Below, piece by piece: positions 17,401-28,053 of a stretch of 64,000 bases of DNA. The notes under the pieces were generated by a model that made no database searches, was not told the origin of the DNA, and worked only from the letters and a program-made list of their open reading frames with translations. Position numbers and translations under genes: made by a program. Origin of the DNA: Candidatus Nomurabacteria bacterium (GTDB lineage: Bacteria; Patescibacteriota; Patescibacteriia; Magasanikbacterales; UBA922); contig JACKFN010000003.1 in the NCBI GenBank assembly GCA_020632445.1, positions 81,118 through 145,117 of the forward strand, given 5' to 3'. Positions within the stretch are counted from its first letter, which is position 1. Every line of letters begins with the position of its first letter.

Positions 17401-19473
17401 ATGAAAAAAATGGATTCTATACTCAAGGGACTGATTGCACTGGTTTTTTTCGTCCCTCTTTTGTTTACACATACCATTTCACAGAATTTTGTTTTTCCGT
17501 TTATTGTACCAAAGATTTTGGCGTTTCGAACCATAGCGCTTTTGATGCTGCTAGTATACGTGACACTTTTACTCAGTCAATCACAAAAGTACAAAATCAA
17601 AAAAAGCCCGCTTACAATAGCGGTTTTGATCTATTTTATCAGTTTTGCTCTTTCAACGTTTTTTGGGGTTGATGCATACCGCAGTTTTTGGGATGGACAC
17701 GAGCGTATGCTTGGGCTCTTTACGCTTTTACATTACGCCATATTCTATTTTGTCGTATCGAGCTCTATCAAGGGATGGAAAGACTGGAGATGGATTTTGC
17801 GCATCTTTTTGTTTGCTGGTGCGCTCGAGATGTTCATGGGAATTTTGCAAAAGGGGAATCCACACCTCTTTTTCAACCAAGGTTCAGCGCGTATCGATGG
17901 AACACTTGGAAACCCAATTTACTACGGTGGTTATGCGCTCTACATTTTTTTCTTGGGTCTGTTTATGACCATGAAAGAAGAAAAGAAGTACTATCGAGTG
18001 TTTTCGATCGTAGCAATGCTTCTCGGGTTCGTGGGAGTGTGGCTGAGTGGAACTCGTGGTACGCAGCTTGCGCTTATTGGATGTGCCGGTTTTGCTATGC
18101 TCGTCTACTTTTTTGTTCTTAAGGGGCACCAGAAAATTCGAATGCTTCTTGCGGCGTTTATGGTTTTGGGAGTGGTATTTTTTGTTGGACTTTTTGCTGC
18201 CAAAGACACTGCATTTGTACAAAACGTGAGTTTCCTTCGCCGTATTGCAAATATTTCTCTGACAGAAGGAACTGGGTATACCCGTCTGCTTGCTTGGGGA
18301 GTAGGGGTAGATGCATGGAAGGAAAATCCAATCATCGGGTGGGGGCCAAATAATTTTATGTTTGGATTTAATAAATACTATCGTGCGGAGTTTTTGCGAC
18401 ATGGGTGGGGAGAAACCTGGTTTGATAATGCGCACAATGTCGTTGTGAATACCTTAACCACACAGGGAGTAATCGGACTACTTTCGTACCTTGGTATCTA
18501 TGTGGTGGTATTTTATTTGCTTATAGTGGCCGTACAAAAAAAGAAAATCGATCCACATACGGCAGTTATATGGGCAGCATTTTTTGTTGGCCACTTGATT
18601 CACAATCTTTTTGTGTTTGAAAATCCAACCTCGTACATTTACTTTTTCTTTGCACTGGCCTTTGTTGCCAGTATGACCCGTGATGGTTTTAGTGATCATT
18701 CACAAGAGGAACAAGTCACAAAAAATCCTTCATTGCCAATAGTAGGAATCGGTGCTGTTGTTATTCTTTTTTTGATTTACAGCACAAACTATCTACCGAT
18801 GAAAGCAAACCGCGCACTCTTGATGTCTATTAATGCCGTCAACACTGGCGGACCTCAAATTCAGGCTTTTGAGAGGGTGAAGCAATATGGTACTCCTCAC
18901 ATTGATGATATTAGGCACGATTTTGCCCAAGCAGTATGGCAGGCAGCTCCAGTATATGCTGAAAATGGCAGGGGACAAGAGATTCTTGATGTCGCTAAAG
19001 TTGCTGATAGAGAACTTGAAAAAAACCATGAACTGCATCCGCTTGATGTTCGTGAAATGGTTCTCCATTATGAACTTCTCTCTGCCATGTATAATTTGTC
19101 TCAGGATTCAAGTTATATAAAGCAGGCAAAGGAACTTATGGAAAGAGCCGTTGAGCTTTCTCCAAAGCGTCAGCAGGTACTTTATAGTTTGGCGCACATT
19201 GCTTATATCGAAGAAGACTATGATACTGCGCTCATGTATTTGCAAAGATCACAGCAAGACGATCCAATTATTACAGAAACTTATTTCCGAATGGCATCTA
19301 TTTACCGTGCACGTGGTGAGTATGAAAAAATCTATGAGGTGATGGAAGACATGGAGAGAAATATTCCACAGCTCAAAGAGAATGATCAAAAAATTATTGC
19401 GCAAATTCGTGCCGATGTAACTGCGCTTATGGTGTCTTCAACAGAAGCTGATGTTCCAGCGATAAAGTATTAA
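17401..19473 (+). CDS. O-antigen ligase/polymerase family (Wzy_C) membrane protein with C-terminal TPR-like repeats
   Basis: Multi-TM protein; GTRG and WGVGVDAWKENPIIGWGPNNF are typical of the O-antigen ligase domain; helical repeat-rich C-terminus. Confidence 0.6.
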   Translation: MKKMDSILKGLIALVFFVPLLFTHTISQNFVFPFIVPKILAFRTIALLMLLVYVTLLLSQSQKYKIKKSPLTIAVLIYFISFALSTFFGVDAYRSFWDGHERMLGLFTLLHYAIFYFVVSSSIKGWKDWRWILRIFLFAGALEMFMGILQKGNPHLFFNQGSARIDGTLGNPIYYGGYALYIFFLGLFMTMKEEKKYYRVFSIVAMLLGFVGVWLSGTRGTQLALIGCAGFAMLVYFFVLKGHQKIRMLLAAFMVLGVVFFVGLFAAKDTAFVQNVSFLRRIANISLTEGTGYTRLLAWGVGVDAWKENPIIGWGPNNFMFGFNKYYRAEFLRHGWGETWFDNAHNVVVNTLTTQGVIGLLSYLGIYVVVFYLLIVAVQKKKIDPHTAVIWAAFFVGHLIHNLFVFENPTSYIYFFFALAFVASMTRDGFSDHSQEEQVTKNPSLPIVGIGAVVILFLIYSTNYLPMKANRALLMSINAVNTGGPQIQAFERVKQYGTPHIDDIRHDFAQAVWQAAPVYAENGRGQEILDVAKVADRELEKNHELHPLDVREMVLHYELLSAMYNLSQDSSYIKQAKELMERAVELSPKRQQVLYSLAHIAYIEEDYDTALMYLQRSQQDDPIITETYFRMASIYRARGEYEKIYEVMEDMERNIPQLKENDQKIIAQIRADVTALMVSSTEADVPAIKY

Positions 19474-19476
19474 TAT

Positions 19477-20454
19477 ATGTATAGCATAGAAGGATCTACT
19501 ATTTTGGTCACCGGAGGGGCGGGTTTTATTGGTTCACATCTTTGTGATGCGCTTCTTAAAAAGGGGGCCAATGTCATATGCGTAGACAATCTGATGACTG
19601 GGAAAAAGGAAAATTTAGCGCAAGCTATGGAGTCTCCAAATTTTTCTTTTGTAGATGGTGATGCGAATAACAAAGAATTTTTACATGGTATTTTTGAAAA
19701 GCAATCTATTGATTATATTTTCCATTATGCTGCCGTACTTGGTGTGCAACGTGTGATAGAGCAGCCACTTCTCGTACTTGATGATATCATCGGTACACGC
19801 GCCATCATGGAACTTGCCAAGGAATTTGGAGTAAAAAAGGTTGTTTTCTCTTCTTCATCAGAGGCCTATGGCCACATGGCAGAGCTTCCACTCAAAGAAG
19901 ATACTGGCAGAGAACTCCAAAACCAAACACACAGTACCAGTTTGTATTCACTTGTAAAAATTACAGGCGAGCAAATCATGCAGGTATATAATGACACTTA
20001 TGGTGTTCCTACCTGTTCACTTCGTTTCTTTAATGTTTTCGGCCCACGCCAGGAGTCTTCTACCTATGGATTTGTGATTGGCATTTTTATTAAACAAATT
20101 TTGGAGGGGAAGGCACCAACGATTTTCGGAGATGGTTATCAAACGCGTGACTTTATTTACGTCGATGATAACATCGAGTCAGCATTGCATGCACTCGAAT
20201 CGGAAAAAGCAGACGGACAGGTTATCAATGTAGGAATGGGGCGCCAAACCACCATAAGAGATCTTGCTGAAAGACTTATCGCTATTTCTGGAAAAGATCT
20301 TGCGCCTATTTTTAAAGAGGCACGAGAGTATGAAATTCGTTATCGGAGTCCAGATGTGACCAAGATGCAAAGTCTTTTGGGAGTTACGATTCAAGATAAT
20401 TTGAATGAAAATCTCAAAAAGACCTATCAGTGGTATGAGCAAACACAAGTTTAA
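19477..20454 (+). CDS. NAD-dependent sugar epimerase/dehydratase (UDP-glucuronate decarboxylase-like SDR)
   Basis: ILVTGGAGFIGSHLCDALLKKGANVICVDN Rossmann motif; YxxxK present. Confidence 0.65.
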   Translation: MYSIEGSTILVTGGAGFIGSHLCDALLKKGANVICVDNLMTGKKENLAQAMESPNFSFVDGDANNKEFLHGIFEKQSIDYIFHYAAVLGVQRVIEQPLLVLDDIIGTRAIMELAKEFGVKKVVFSSSSEAYGHMAELPLKEDTGRELQNQTHSTSLYSLVKITGEQIMQVYNDTYGVPTCSLRFFNVFGPRQESSTYGFVIGIFIKQILEGKAPTIFGDGYQTRDFIYVDDNIESALHALESEKADGQVINVGMGRQTTIRDLAERLIAISGKDLAPIFKEAREYEIRYRSPDVTKMQSLLGVTIQDNLNENLKKTYQWYEQTQV

Positions 20455-21529
20455 AGTTGTTATTTTTTCTGCCTTCTACGATCCGTTCATGAGTGGTGCA
20501 GAACAAATGGTCAAAGAAATCCTTGAGCGCATTGGAGAAAAGTATTCAATGACCCTCGTCACTGCGCGTATCCGTAGAGATTTGCCGAAAAGAGAACAGC
20601 GCGATGGCTATGATATCATTCGCGTCGGTACAGGTACAAAGATCGACAAATTTTTGTATCCTCTGCTTGCTCCATTTGCGGCTCGGCGACTTCAGCCGAG
20701 AATCGTCCATGCCATTTTAGAAAGTTACGCAGGAATTGCATTGTATTTTTTGAAATTTGTATACCCGCGCGCAAAAAGGATATTAACATTGCAAAGTGGT
20801 GGGCTGGATCATGAAGATAAACAAAAAGAGTTTTTTCTCAAACTCTTTTGGAGAAAAATGCATAGTACCCCTCATAAAGTAACGGCGATTAGTCGTTTTT
20901 TGGCTCAAAGAGGTCAGAAATTTCGTGCAGAAACTGTTGATCTCACACCAAATGGTTTGGATTTTTCTCATGTTCCTAAGGGTGTCCCACAAAAAGAGGG
21001 AAGGGTAATATGTGTTGGAAGATTGTCGTGGGTAAAGGGGCATAAATATCTTTTGGAGGCATGGCCACTTGTCCTCAAAGAGGTTCCTGGGGCGCGACTG
21101 GTACTTGTTGGTGATGGGGATGAGCGTAAGAATATTGAGAAACAGACTCGGGAGTTATCCATTCAAGATTCGGTAAAGTTGCTCGGGAATTTGCCGCATG
21201 ATGAGGTACTTAGAGAAATGAGTCAGTCAGAAGTTTTTGTGTGTCCTTCGCTTGCCGAGGGGCTTGGGATTGTTTTTATTGAAGCGCAGGCCTGTGGTAT
21301 TCCGGTAATCGGTACCAATGTGGGGGGGATCCCAGATATCATCGAAGATAACCAAACCGGATACCTTATTGAAACAAAAAATCCAGATCAAATTGCTGAA
21401 AAACTCATTGTACTGCTAAAAGACAAAGAACTACGAAAACGATTTGTAGAAAGTTCTCAGCACACGGTAAAAAAATTTGAATGGAATACGATCATTGCAA
21501 AAATTGATGAGATATATACATCATTATGA
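20435..21529 (+). CDS. Glycosyltransferase family 4
   Basis: C-terminal EGLGIVFIEAQACGIPVIGTNVGG (E-x7-E motif). Confidence 0.7.
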   Translation: MSKHKFKVVIFSAFYDPFMSGAEQMVKEILERIGEKYSMTLVTARIRRDLPKREQRDGYDIIRVGTGTKIDKFLYPLLAPFAARRLQPRIVHAILESYAGIALYFLKFVYPRAKRILTLQSGGLDHEDKQKEFFLKLFWRKMHSTPHKVTAISRFLAQRGQKFRAETVDLTPNGLDFSHVPKGVPQKEGRVICVGRLSWVKGHKYLLEAWPLVLKEVPGARLVLVGDGDERKNIEKQTRELSIQDSVKLLGNLPHDEVLREMSQSEVFVCPSLAEGLGIVFIEAQACGIPVIGTNVGGIPDIIEDNQTGYLIETKNPDQIAEKLIVLLKDKELRKRFVESSQHTVKKFEWNTIIAKIDEIYTSL

Positions 21530-22599
21530 GTGAGCAGCGCAGGAAAATTCTTTTGGTAACAAGTATTTTTCCACCAGAAATTGGTGGGCCTGCTTTATAT
21601 GTAGAAAATTTACAAAAACAGCTCATCAAAAGAGGTTTTGAGGTGCAGGTGGTTACCTATACCATGGGAAGTGGAGACATTGAGGTTGGCGGAGGATCCA
21701 TACTGCGCATGTGGAAATTGTTTGTGTTTTTACTCCGCCAGAAAGAATCATATGATACCGTGGTTACTTTTAATACTTTGAGTACAGGCTTACCGTGCGC
21801 ACTGGCCGCGCGCCTTTTGAGGAAAAAGAAATTTTTGATTCGCGTTGGTGGTGATTATCTTTGGGAACGAAAGGGATCGGGTAAAACTTTGAAGGAATAT
21901 TATACAGATGGACTTCCATTTTCGCAGCGTCTGGTAAAATCTATGATTCGTTTTGTTCTTGGGTCATTTGAGAAGATTATTGTTACGACCGATTGGTATA
22001 AAGAAGTGCTGAAAAAAGAATATGGAGTGAAGGCCAAAGATACAATTTTGATTCAGAATCCTTTTGCCGAGCAGGCAAAGCAGAGAGAAGAGAGAGATGA
22101 TTTTTACTTTTTTGCTGGAAGGCTCGTGCCACTGAAGAACCCTCAAGTCATTATCGAAGCTATGACGAGCGTTCCAGATATGAAACTGAGTATTGCAGGA
22201 GAAGGACCATTGGAGTCAAACCTGCGCATTCTGGTAGATACATTGGGTCTGGGCGAGAGGGTTACCTTTTTGGGAAAGCTCTCTCACGAAAAAATGCTTG
22301 AAACCATGGCGCGCGCAAAAGCAACAGTCATTCCTTCATTGTCTGAAATCAGTCCAAACACACTTCTTGAAAGTATTGCAGCAGGGACTCCCGTGATATG
22401 TACTGACGAGTGTGGTTATAGAGAAAATTTTGATGAAGTTGTTTCTTTTTTTAACCCTCGAAGTGTGGAGGAACTCGTAGCGCAAATTCGTCGTCATCAA
22501 GACGATGCGCAGTATAAAGAGATTGAGCAAAAGGTACAGAGTTTTCGTATCGAGCAGACATGGGACACTCTTGTAGAGGCCTATCAGCAGATTCTATGA
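21526..22599 (+). CDS. Glycosyltransferase family 4
   Basis: GT-B fold signature (RLVPLKNPQVIIEAM...); 4-bp overlaps with both neighbours. Confidence 0.6.
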   Translation: MSEQRRKILLVTSIFPPEIGGPALYVENLQKQLIKRGFEVQVVTYTMGSGDIEVGGGSILRMWKLFVFLLRQKESYDTVVTFNTLSTGLPCALAARLLRKKKFLIRVGGDYLWERKGSGKTLKEYYTDGLPFSQRLVKSMIRFVLGSFEKIIVTTDWYKEVLKKEYGVKAKDTILIQNPFAEQAKQREERDDFYFFAGRLVPLKNPQVIIEAMTSVPDMKLSIAGEGPLESNLRILVDTLGLGERVTFLGKLSHEKMLETMARAKATVIPSLSEISPNTLLESIAAGTPVICTDECGYRENFDEVVSFFNPRSVEELVAQIRRHQDDAQYKEIEQKVQSFRIEQTWDTLVEAYQQIL

Positions 22600-23687
22600 A
22601 TATACTGACACTTGGATCAGATACAAAGATTTTTTCAGTTCATTCAAGCACGCATGAGCGGTCTTTGCAGTATGCAAAATTGGTGGATACCTATGCTGTT
22701 TTGGTACCAGGTCAAGCGGATAAAGAGCAAACTTTTGAAAATGATTTGAAAGCCTATAGTGTGGCAAAAGGTATTGGGCCAATTACGCTGTATCGTTTGT
22801 ATAGACGTGCAAAGCAGATTGTTCATGATGAAAAGATACATGTCATATCTGCTCAGAATCCATTTGAATATGCGCTCGTTGGGTATCTCCTCAAGAAAAA
22901 ATGTGGAGTAAGGTTGCATATCCAAGAACATGGTGATTTTTTTTCACAAACGTATTGGAGAAATGAGCGTATACTGCACTTCTTTAGGTATTACCTAGGA
23001 AAGTTTTTACTGAAAAAAGCAGACAGTATTCGCGTGGTAAGCAAAAAGATACAAAAAACACTTGTTGGCATGGGTATTCCACAAGAGAAAATAGTTTCTA
23101 TTCCAGTTTTTGTTCCACTGGAAAATGCTACATTGAAAAGCCGGGATATTGCTCGCGTGTGCGTCTGCATGATTCGGCTTGTAATGCAAAAGAATCCATT
23201 GATGCTTTTGCGTGCTTGGAAAGGTGTGGTAGAAGAAAAGCCTGATGCAAAGCTTTTGCTTGTCGGAAGCGGACCACTCAAAAAGCAGATACAACATGCC
23301 GTCAAGGGGCTTGGAATTGAAAGTAGCGTTGAGATGCATGATTGGACCGACTCACCAGAGGCATTTTATCAAAAAGCTGATATGAATCTTTTGAGTTCAA
23401 ATTATGAGGGGTGGGGACGAGTAGTCATTGAGGCTGCAGCTCAAGGGATTCCAACGGTGATGACTGATGTGGGATGTGCCGGAGAATTTGTGCAAAATGG
23501 TGTTAACGGAGTCGTTACACCCATCGGGGATGATGCGGCCTTTTCGCGGGCCATTATAGCTCTCATGGAGGATAAAAGTCTTTACCAAATCATGAAAAAT
23601 AATCTTGCCGAGTCATTGAAAACTTTACCTTCACAGGATCAAACTGCGGAAAAGTATATGGAGTCTTGGAAAAAAGCACTCGTATGA
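22596..23687 (+). CDS. Glycosyltransferase family 4
   Basis: EGWGRVVIEAAAQGIPTVMTDVGCAGEFV. Confidence 0.7.
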   Translation: MNILTLGSDTKIFSVHSSTHERSLQYAKLVDTYAVLVPGQADKEQTFENDLKAYSVAKGIGPITLYRLYRRAKQIVHDEKIHVISAQNPFEYALVGYLLKKKCGVRLHIQEHGDFFSQTYWRNERILHFFRYYLGKFLLKKADSIRVVSKKIQKTLVGMGIPQEKIVSIPVFVPLENATLKSRDIARVCVCMIRLVMQKNPLMLLRAWKGVVEEKPDAKLLLVGSGPLKKQIQHAVKGLGIESSVEMHDWTDSPEAFYQKADMNLLSSNYEGWGRVVIEAAAQGIPTVMTDVGCAGEFVQNGVNGVVTPIGDDAAFSRAIIALMEDKSLYQIMKNNLAESLKTLPSQDQTAEKYMESWKKALV

Positions 23688-24727
23688 AACTCTTAGTAAT
23701 TACACAAATAATGGACAAACAGGACGACCTGCTAGGATTCATGCAGGACTGGGTCAGTGCTTTGGCTTCTCAAACGGAGAAGGTAACAGTCATATGTTTG
23801 AAAAAAGGCGATAACAATCTTCCTGGGGGTGTTGAGGTTTTAAGCCTTGAAAAGGAAACGGGAAGTGGGAGACTCAAACGACTTTGGCTCTTTTACAAGT
23901 ACATTTTTACGTACAGAAGACAATACGATGCAGTATTTGTGCACATGAATCCTATTTATGTCGTACTCGCAGGGCTATTTTGGAGAACCATGGGGAAAAA
24001 AATAAGTCTTTGGTACGCTCATTATCGAGTGGGTTTACAGCTTCGTTTCGCCGCTGCGTTTGCGCATGTCATATATACGTCTACCCCATATGCGTGCAGT
24101 TTGAAGTCAAAGAAAGTGCATGTTATAGGACAGGGGATTAATACGGATAGTTTTGTCCCACTAAGCAGAAATTTTTTGGCGCCAACTCGTGTGTTATTTT
24201 TGGGGAGAATCACGCCTGTCAAGGAGCTCGAAGTTCTTATCGAAGCACTCGGCTCACTCAGGGAAGAAGCATGGACCTTGGATGTCGTAGGGGCACCATT
24301 GGAAAGTTCCATGAGCTATTACGAGGGTATTGTCACCCGAGTTGCAGAACTTGGCATATCAGATAGGGTCCTATTTCATGGAAAAGTGGCAAATGCAGAT
24401 ACTGTGAAATTTTATCAAAAGGCAGATATTTTTGTAAACCTCACTCGAAGCGGAAGCTTTGATAAAACAACTCTAGAAGCTATGAGCTGTGGCTGTGTTG
24501 CATTGGCTTCTAATACGGTATTTCAAGAAATTTTTCCACAGAAGTATCATTCAATATTACTTTTTAAGCAGTCAGATGTAAACAGTCTTGCTGATACTTT
24601 GCACAAAATTTTTTCTTTAGAAAGAGAAAAAAAACAGGTACTTTCGCAAGAGATGAGAGATATTATCGAGCAACATCATAGCGTCGGGAGCTTGGCAAAG
24701 AAAATAGTGGATAATTTGAATATATGA
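23684..24727 (+). CDS. Glycosyltransferase family 4-like
   Basis: FLGRITPVKELEVLIEAL...TLEAMSCGCVALASN. Confidence 0.6.
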   Translation: MKLLVITQIMDKQDDLLGFMQDWVSALASQTEKVTVICLKKGDNNLPGGVEVLSLEKETGSGRLKRLWLFYKYIFTYRRQYDAVFVHMNPIYVVLAGLFWRTMGKKISLWYAHYRVGLQLRFAAAFAHVIYTSTPYACSLKSKKVHVIGQGINTDSFVPLSRNFLAPTRVLFLGRITPVKELEVLIEALGSLREEAWTLDVVGAPLESSMSYYEGIVTRVAELGISDRVLFHGKVANADTVKFYQKADIFVNLTRSGSFDKTTLEAMSCGCVALASNTVFQEIFPQKYHSILLFKQSDVNSLADTLHKIFSLEREKKQVLSQEMRDIIEQHHSVGSLAKKIVDNLNI

Positions 24728-25494
24728 AAGCAAGAGTAAAGGAATACATTTTTCGATTTTTGAACTTGTTTTTTCGTAGACTCACAAATGGATCTATACT
24801 CATGTACCACTCTGTGGGAGATAATGGTTCCCATATCACCGTGAGTGAGCATAACTTTTTGAAACAAATGCAGTATTTGAAGGCTCGTAGGTTCAATGTT
24901 GTTTCGCTTGAAGAGCTTGCTTGTGCACTGCGAGAAAATAGAGATATCAGTAATATGGTTGTTTTGACTTTTGATGATGGTTATGAAGATAATTACACAG
25001 TAGCGTATCCCATCCTCAAAAAATTTGGTTTCCCTGCGACGATTTTTGTGGCAACGGGACTTATTGGGAAGTCACTCAAGACATCTGCCGGAGTTGAAAT
25101 ACCCATGATGAGTGAAAAGCAAGTGAAACTGCTTGCGCGGGATCAAAACATCTCGCTTATGCCACACGGCCAAACACATCGTGTTTTGACACAAATAGAT
25201 TTTGATAGCGCAAAAAAAGAGATCGTTGATTCGAAAAAAGATATGGAGGAGATTACTGGACAAGTTATACAGAGCTTTGCTCCTCCAAAGGGAAAGTATA
25301 ATAATGAGATTCTTTCGATTATCAAAGAAGCTGGTTTTCAGATCAATGTGGGGGTCAGGGAAGGACTTACTCGGAAGGACGACAGTGTCATGGAGTTGAA
25401 AAGAAATTCTATTGACCGTACGACAACCATGGCACAGTTTCGTGGTAAGCTTAGCCGTACGATAGATGTCTATCATAGCTTGAAAATATGGTAA
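24724..25494 (+). CDS. Polysaccharide deacetylase (NodB homology domain)
   Basis: VVLTFDDGYEDNYTVAYPILKKFGFPATIFV. Confidence 0.7.
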   Translation: MKARVKEYIFRFLNLFFRRLTNGSILMYHSVGDNGSHITVSEHNFLKQMQYLKARRFNVVSLEELACALRENRDISNMVVLTFDDGYEDNYTVAYPILKKFGFPATIFVATGLIGKSLKTSAGVEIPMMSEKQVKLLARDQNISLMPHGQTHRVLTQIDFDSAKKEIVDSKKDMEEITGQVIQSFAPPKGKYNNEILSIIKEAGFQINVGVREGLTRKDDSVMELKRNSIDRTTTMAQFRGKLSRTIDVYHSLKIW

Positions 25495-26126
25495 AGATTA
25501 TTGATTTTTGTAAAGAGGCACTGCGGGGACGTACACTGTACCGGATTCTTTTTTCATGGGAAATAGAAAAACATTGCTACAAGATTGAAGGTCCTATTTT
25601 GGACATTGGTGGTGGAAGGAATCCCACCTATCAAAAGTATCTTGGGAAAGATGCGCAGCTTGTTCGCTCCGAGCCATTTGCTAGCAAAGATCCTGATGTA
25701 TTGCTCGATATGAATGAAGAGAAGTGGGATATAGAACCGGAATCCTATCAGACGATTTTTTGTCATAATACGCTCTATATTGCCAAAGAGCCTCGTCAAG
25801 TGCTGAGAAATATCTATGCGGTCCTCAAGCCAAGAGGACAACTATTTTTGACGACGCCATTTGTGTTTCGTGAATCACCGGAGCCTACTGACTATGATCG
25901 ATATACCTCTGCTCGTCTAGAAGAAATGCTGAAAAGTGCAGGTTTTCAAGAAATACAAATTATTCCATTTGGAAAAAGTTTTTCCACCTGTGCGTATGTT
26001 CTTTACCCGTTTATGTACTTTCGAGTCATAAAGTTAGTTCTTTTTGGTTTGGCTTTGCTCCTCGATAAGGGAGTGCCAAAAAGATTTTCTGTTCCGCTTG
26101 GATTTTTTACCATAGCCAAAAAGTGA
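25488..26126 (+). CDS. Class I SAM-dependent methyltransferase
   Basis: ILDIGGGRNP glycine-rich SAM-binding motif. Confidence 0.5.
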   Translation: MVKIIDFCKEALRGRTLYRILFSWEIEKHCYKIEGPILDIGGGRNPTYQKYLGKDAQLVRSEPFASKDPDVLLDMNEEKWDIEPESYQTIFCHNTLYIAKEPRQVLRNIYAVLKPRGQLFLTTPFVFRESPEPTDYDRYTSARLEEMLKSAGFQEIQIIPFGKSFSTCAYVLYPFMYFRVIKLVLFGLALLLDKGVPKRFSVPLGFFTIAKK

Positions 26127-26127
26127 T

Positions 26128-27258
26128 ATGAAGCGTAAAGTATGCATTGTTGCCTATGACTGGAGAAACATGTTTGAAAACGAATATGAAGTTTTGATTG
26201 ACCGACTCAAAAGAGATCGATTGGATCCAGAAAACACAGAAATTTTACTCATTGATTGGTCTACAAAAACGTATTATCAAGAGAAAAAGAATATCCATAC
26301 GCAACATATCAAAGGACATTTTGGAAAAACTCGTTGGTGCTACGATATGCTTTCGGTGTTTGTGGTCCCGTACTATCTGATCAAGCACCGATTTAGGCCT
26401 GATTTTTTCTATACCCTCAATTTTCCTTTTGTTTTTTCTGCTTGGTACGCCAAATGGGTTCACGGTGCAAAGGTTCTGTTGTATCTGTCTGCAAGACCAC
26501 AAGAGATTGCAAAGACGCGTGGTGTGAAGCTTTTGAGAGTGTGGTATCATCGAGTAGCTGAATTTTTGGCAAAGCCCTTGGTCGATGCCTACTTTGCAAA
26601 TGGTGAGGGGACAAAGGATTATCTTTTGCGGATCGGCGTAAAAGAAAAACACATTCGAGTTATGTACAAGGATGTAATTTCACGAGATATGGTGCATATC
26701 AAATCGGCAAAAGCTGGCGTGATTACAAAGCAGTACCATCTTGGTGAAGAGAAAAAAAACGTTCTTACCGTTGGGAGACTTGTCGCCGAAAAAAATCATG
26801 CTGTACTTTTTGAGCGTATAGCCGAAGACGACAATCTGGTGCTCATAGTGGTTGGTAGTGGAGAGCTTGAACAAGAGCTCAAGAAAAAAGTTAGAGATTT
26901 GGGTATACAAAAGAGAGTTATTTTTGTCGGTCAAATGAGCAGGGAAGAGATTTGGAATTTCTATAAAGATGCCGATGTATTTGTTCTCGCTTCGGTGTCG
27001 GAGGGGAATCCAAATGTTATACGTGAGGCTATGTATATGGAAGTTCCGGTGATTGCCAATAAGATTCCCGCTGTCGAAGCCATGGCTAATCGTTCGGATC
27101 AAAAGCTTCTTGAGATAATTGATATTGAGGATCCACAGCAGTTTGCTGCTGCACTTGAGTTTTGTTTTTCTGCAAAAAAAGATAGCATGATCAGTCACGC
27201 CAAACAGCATATAGTGCGAGAAATCTCTGTTGACTCGTCGATATTTGAGTTGATATAA
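26128..27258 (+). CDS. Glycosyltransferase family 4
   Basis: LTVGRLVAEKNHAVLFE...SVSEGNPNVIREAMYMEVPVIAN. Confidence 0.7.
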   Translation: MKRKVCIVAYDWRNMFENEYEVLIDRLKRDRLDPENTEILLIDWSTKTYYQEKKNIHTQHIKGHFGKTRWCYDMLSVFVVPYYLIKHRFRPDFFYTLNFPFVFSAWYAKWVHGAKVLLYLSARPQEIAKTRGVKLLRVWYHRVAEFLAKPLVDAYFANGEGTKDYLLRIGVKEKHIRVMYKDVISRDMVHIKSAKAGVITKQYHLGEEKKNVLTVGRLVAEKNHAVLFERIAEDDNLVLIVVGSGELEQELKKKVRDLGIQKRVIFVGQMSREEIWNFYKDADVFVLASVSEGNPNVIREAMYMEVPVIANKIPAVEAMANRSDQKLLEIIDIEDPQQFAAALEFCFSAKKDSMISHAKQHIVREISVDSSIFELI

Positions 27259-27273
27259 TACAAAAATATTTCT

Positions 27274-28053
27274 ATGTTGAGCGAAAAAATTACATTGATG
27301 AAAATGTGTTATACACTCGGATCAAACCCATATATGTGGGGAAAACTTTTGTTGTTTTCGATTTGGGTTCGGGCTTTTAAACATTGGCAGGCTTCTGGGT
27401 ATGGGTGGAAGTTTTCAGTCAAAAAGTTTGGAAAAGTGGTCCAGCTGTATCTTAAGGATTTGTCGGACTATTTTGTCTTCAAAGAACTTTTTTTTGAAGA
27501 CGATTATGGTCATGATTTTGAGGTTGGTGACGAGTGTATCATCGATATCGGTGCGAACAATGGGCTTAGTGCTTTGTATTTTTCATTGAAATACCCAAAG
27601 AGTAAAATCTATGCATGCGAGCCAGATCCACGGACTTTCATGCGTCTAGTGGCCAATGCGCTTGGCAGTGAGCACATCATACCGCTCCAGCTTGCTGTCA
27701 GTGATCAGAATGGTTTTTTGACGTTTTATAGCACACCAAGGGCTATATCATCTTCGCAGGTCAAACGAAATGATCAGGCTCGTGAAGTATCTGTTCCGTC
27801 ACAAACACTTGATACACTTTTGGAAAGCATAGGAGAAAGGGTCGGTTTGTTGAAGATCGATGTGGAAGGGGCTGAACAGCCAATTGTGGAGGCATGGATA
27901 AACAAAGACAGGGTAAACAATATAGTGGGGGAGTTCCACCAGGACTTGGTGAACGTAGACAAGGAGACCTTTTTCAGCTGGCTTGACACCTTTGAGCTTG
28001 AGACTTTTGAAAGAGGGCCTAAACGAACCGTATTTTATGGAAAAACAAGATAA
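27274..28053 (+). CDS. FkbM-family methyltransferase
   Basis: IIDIGANNGLSALYF motif typical of the FkbM family. Confidence 0.65.
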   Translation: MLSEKITLMKMCYTLGSNPYMWGKLLLFSIWVRAFKHWQASGYGWKFSVKKFGKVVQLYLKDLSDYFVFKELFFEDDYGHDFEVGDECIIDIGANNGLSALYFSLKYPKSKIYACEPDPRTFMRLVANALGSEHIIPLQLAVSDQNGFLTFYSTPRAISSSQVKRNDQAREVSVPSQTLDTLLESIGERVGLLKIDVEGAEQPIVEAWINKDRVNNIVGEFHQDLVNVDKETFFSWLDTFELETFERGPKRTVFYGKTR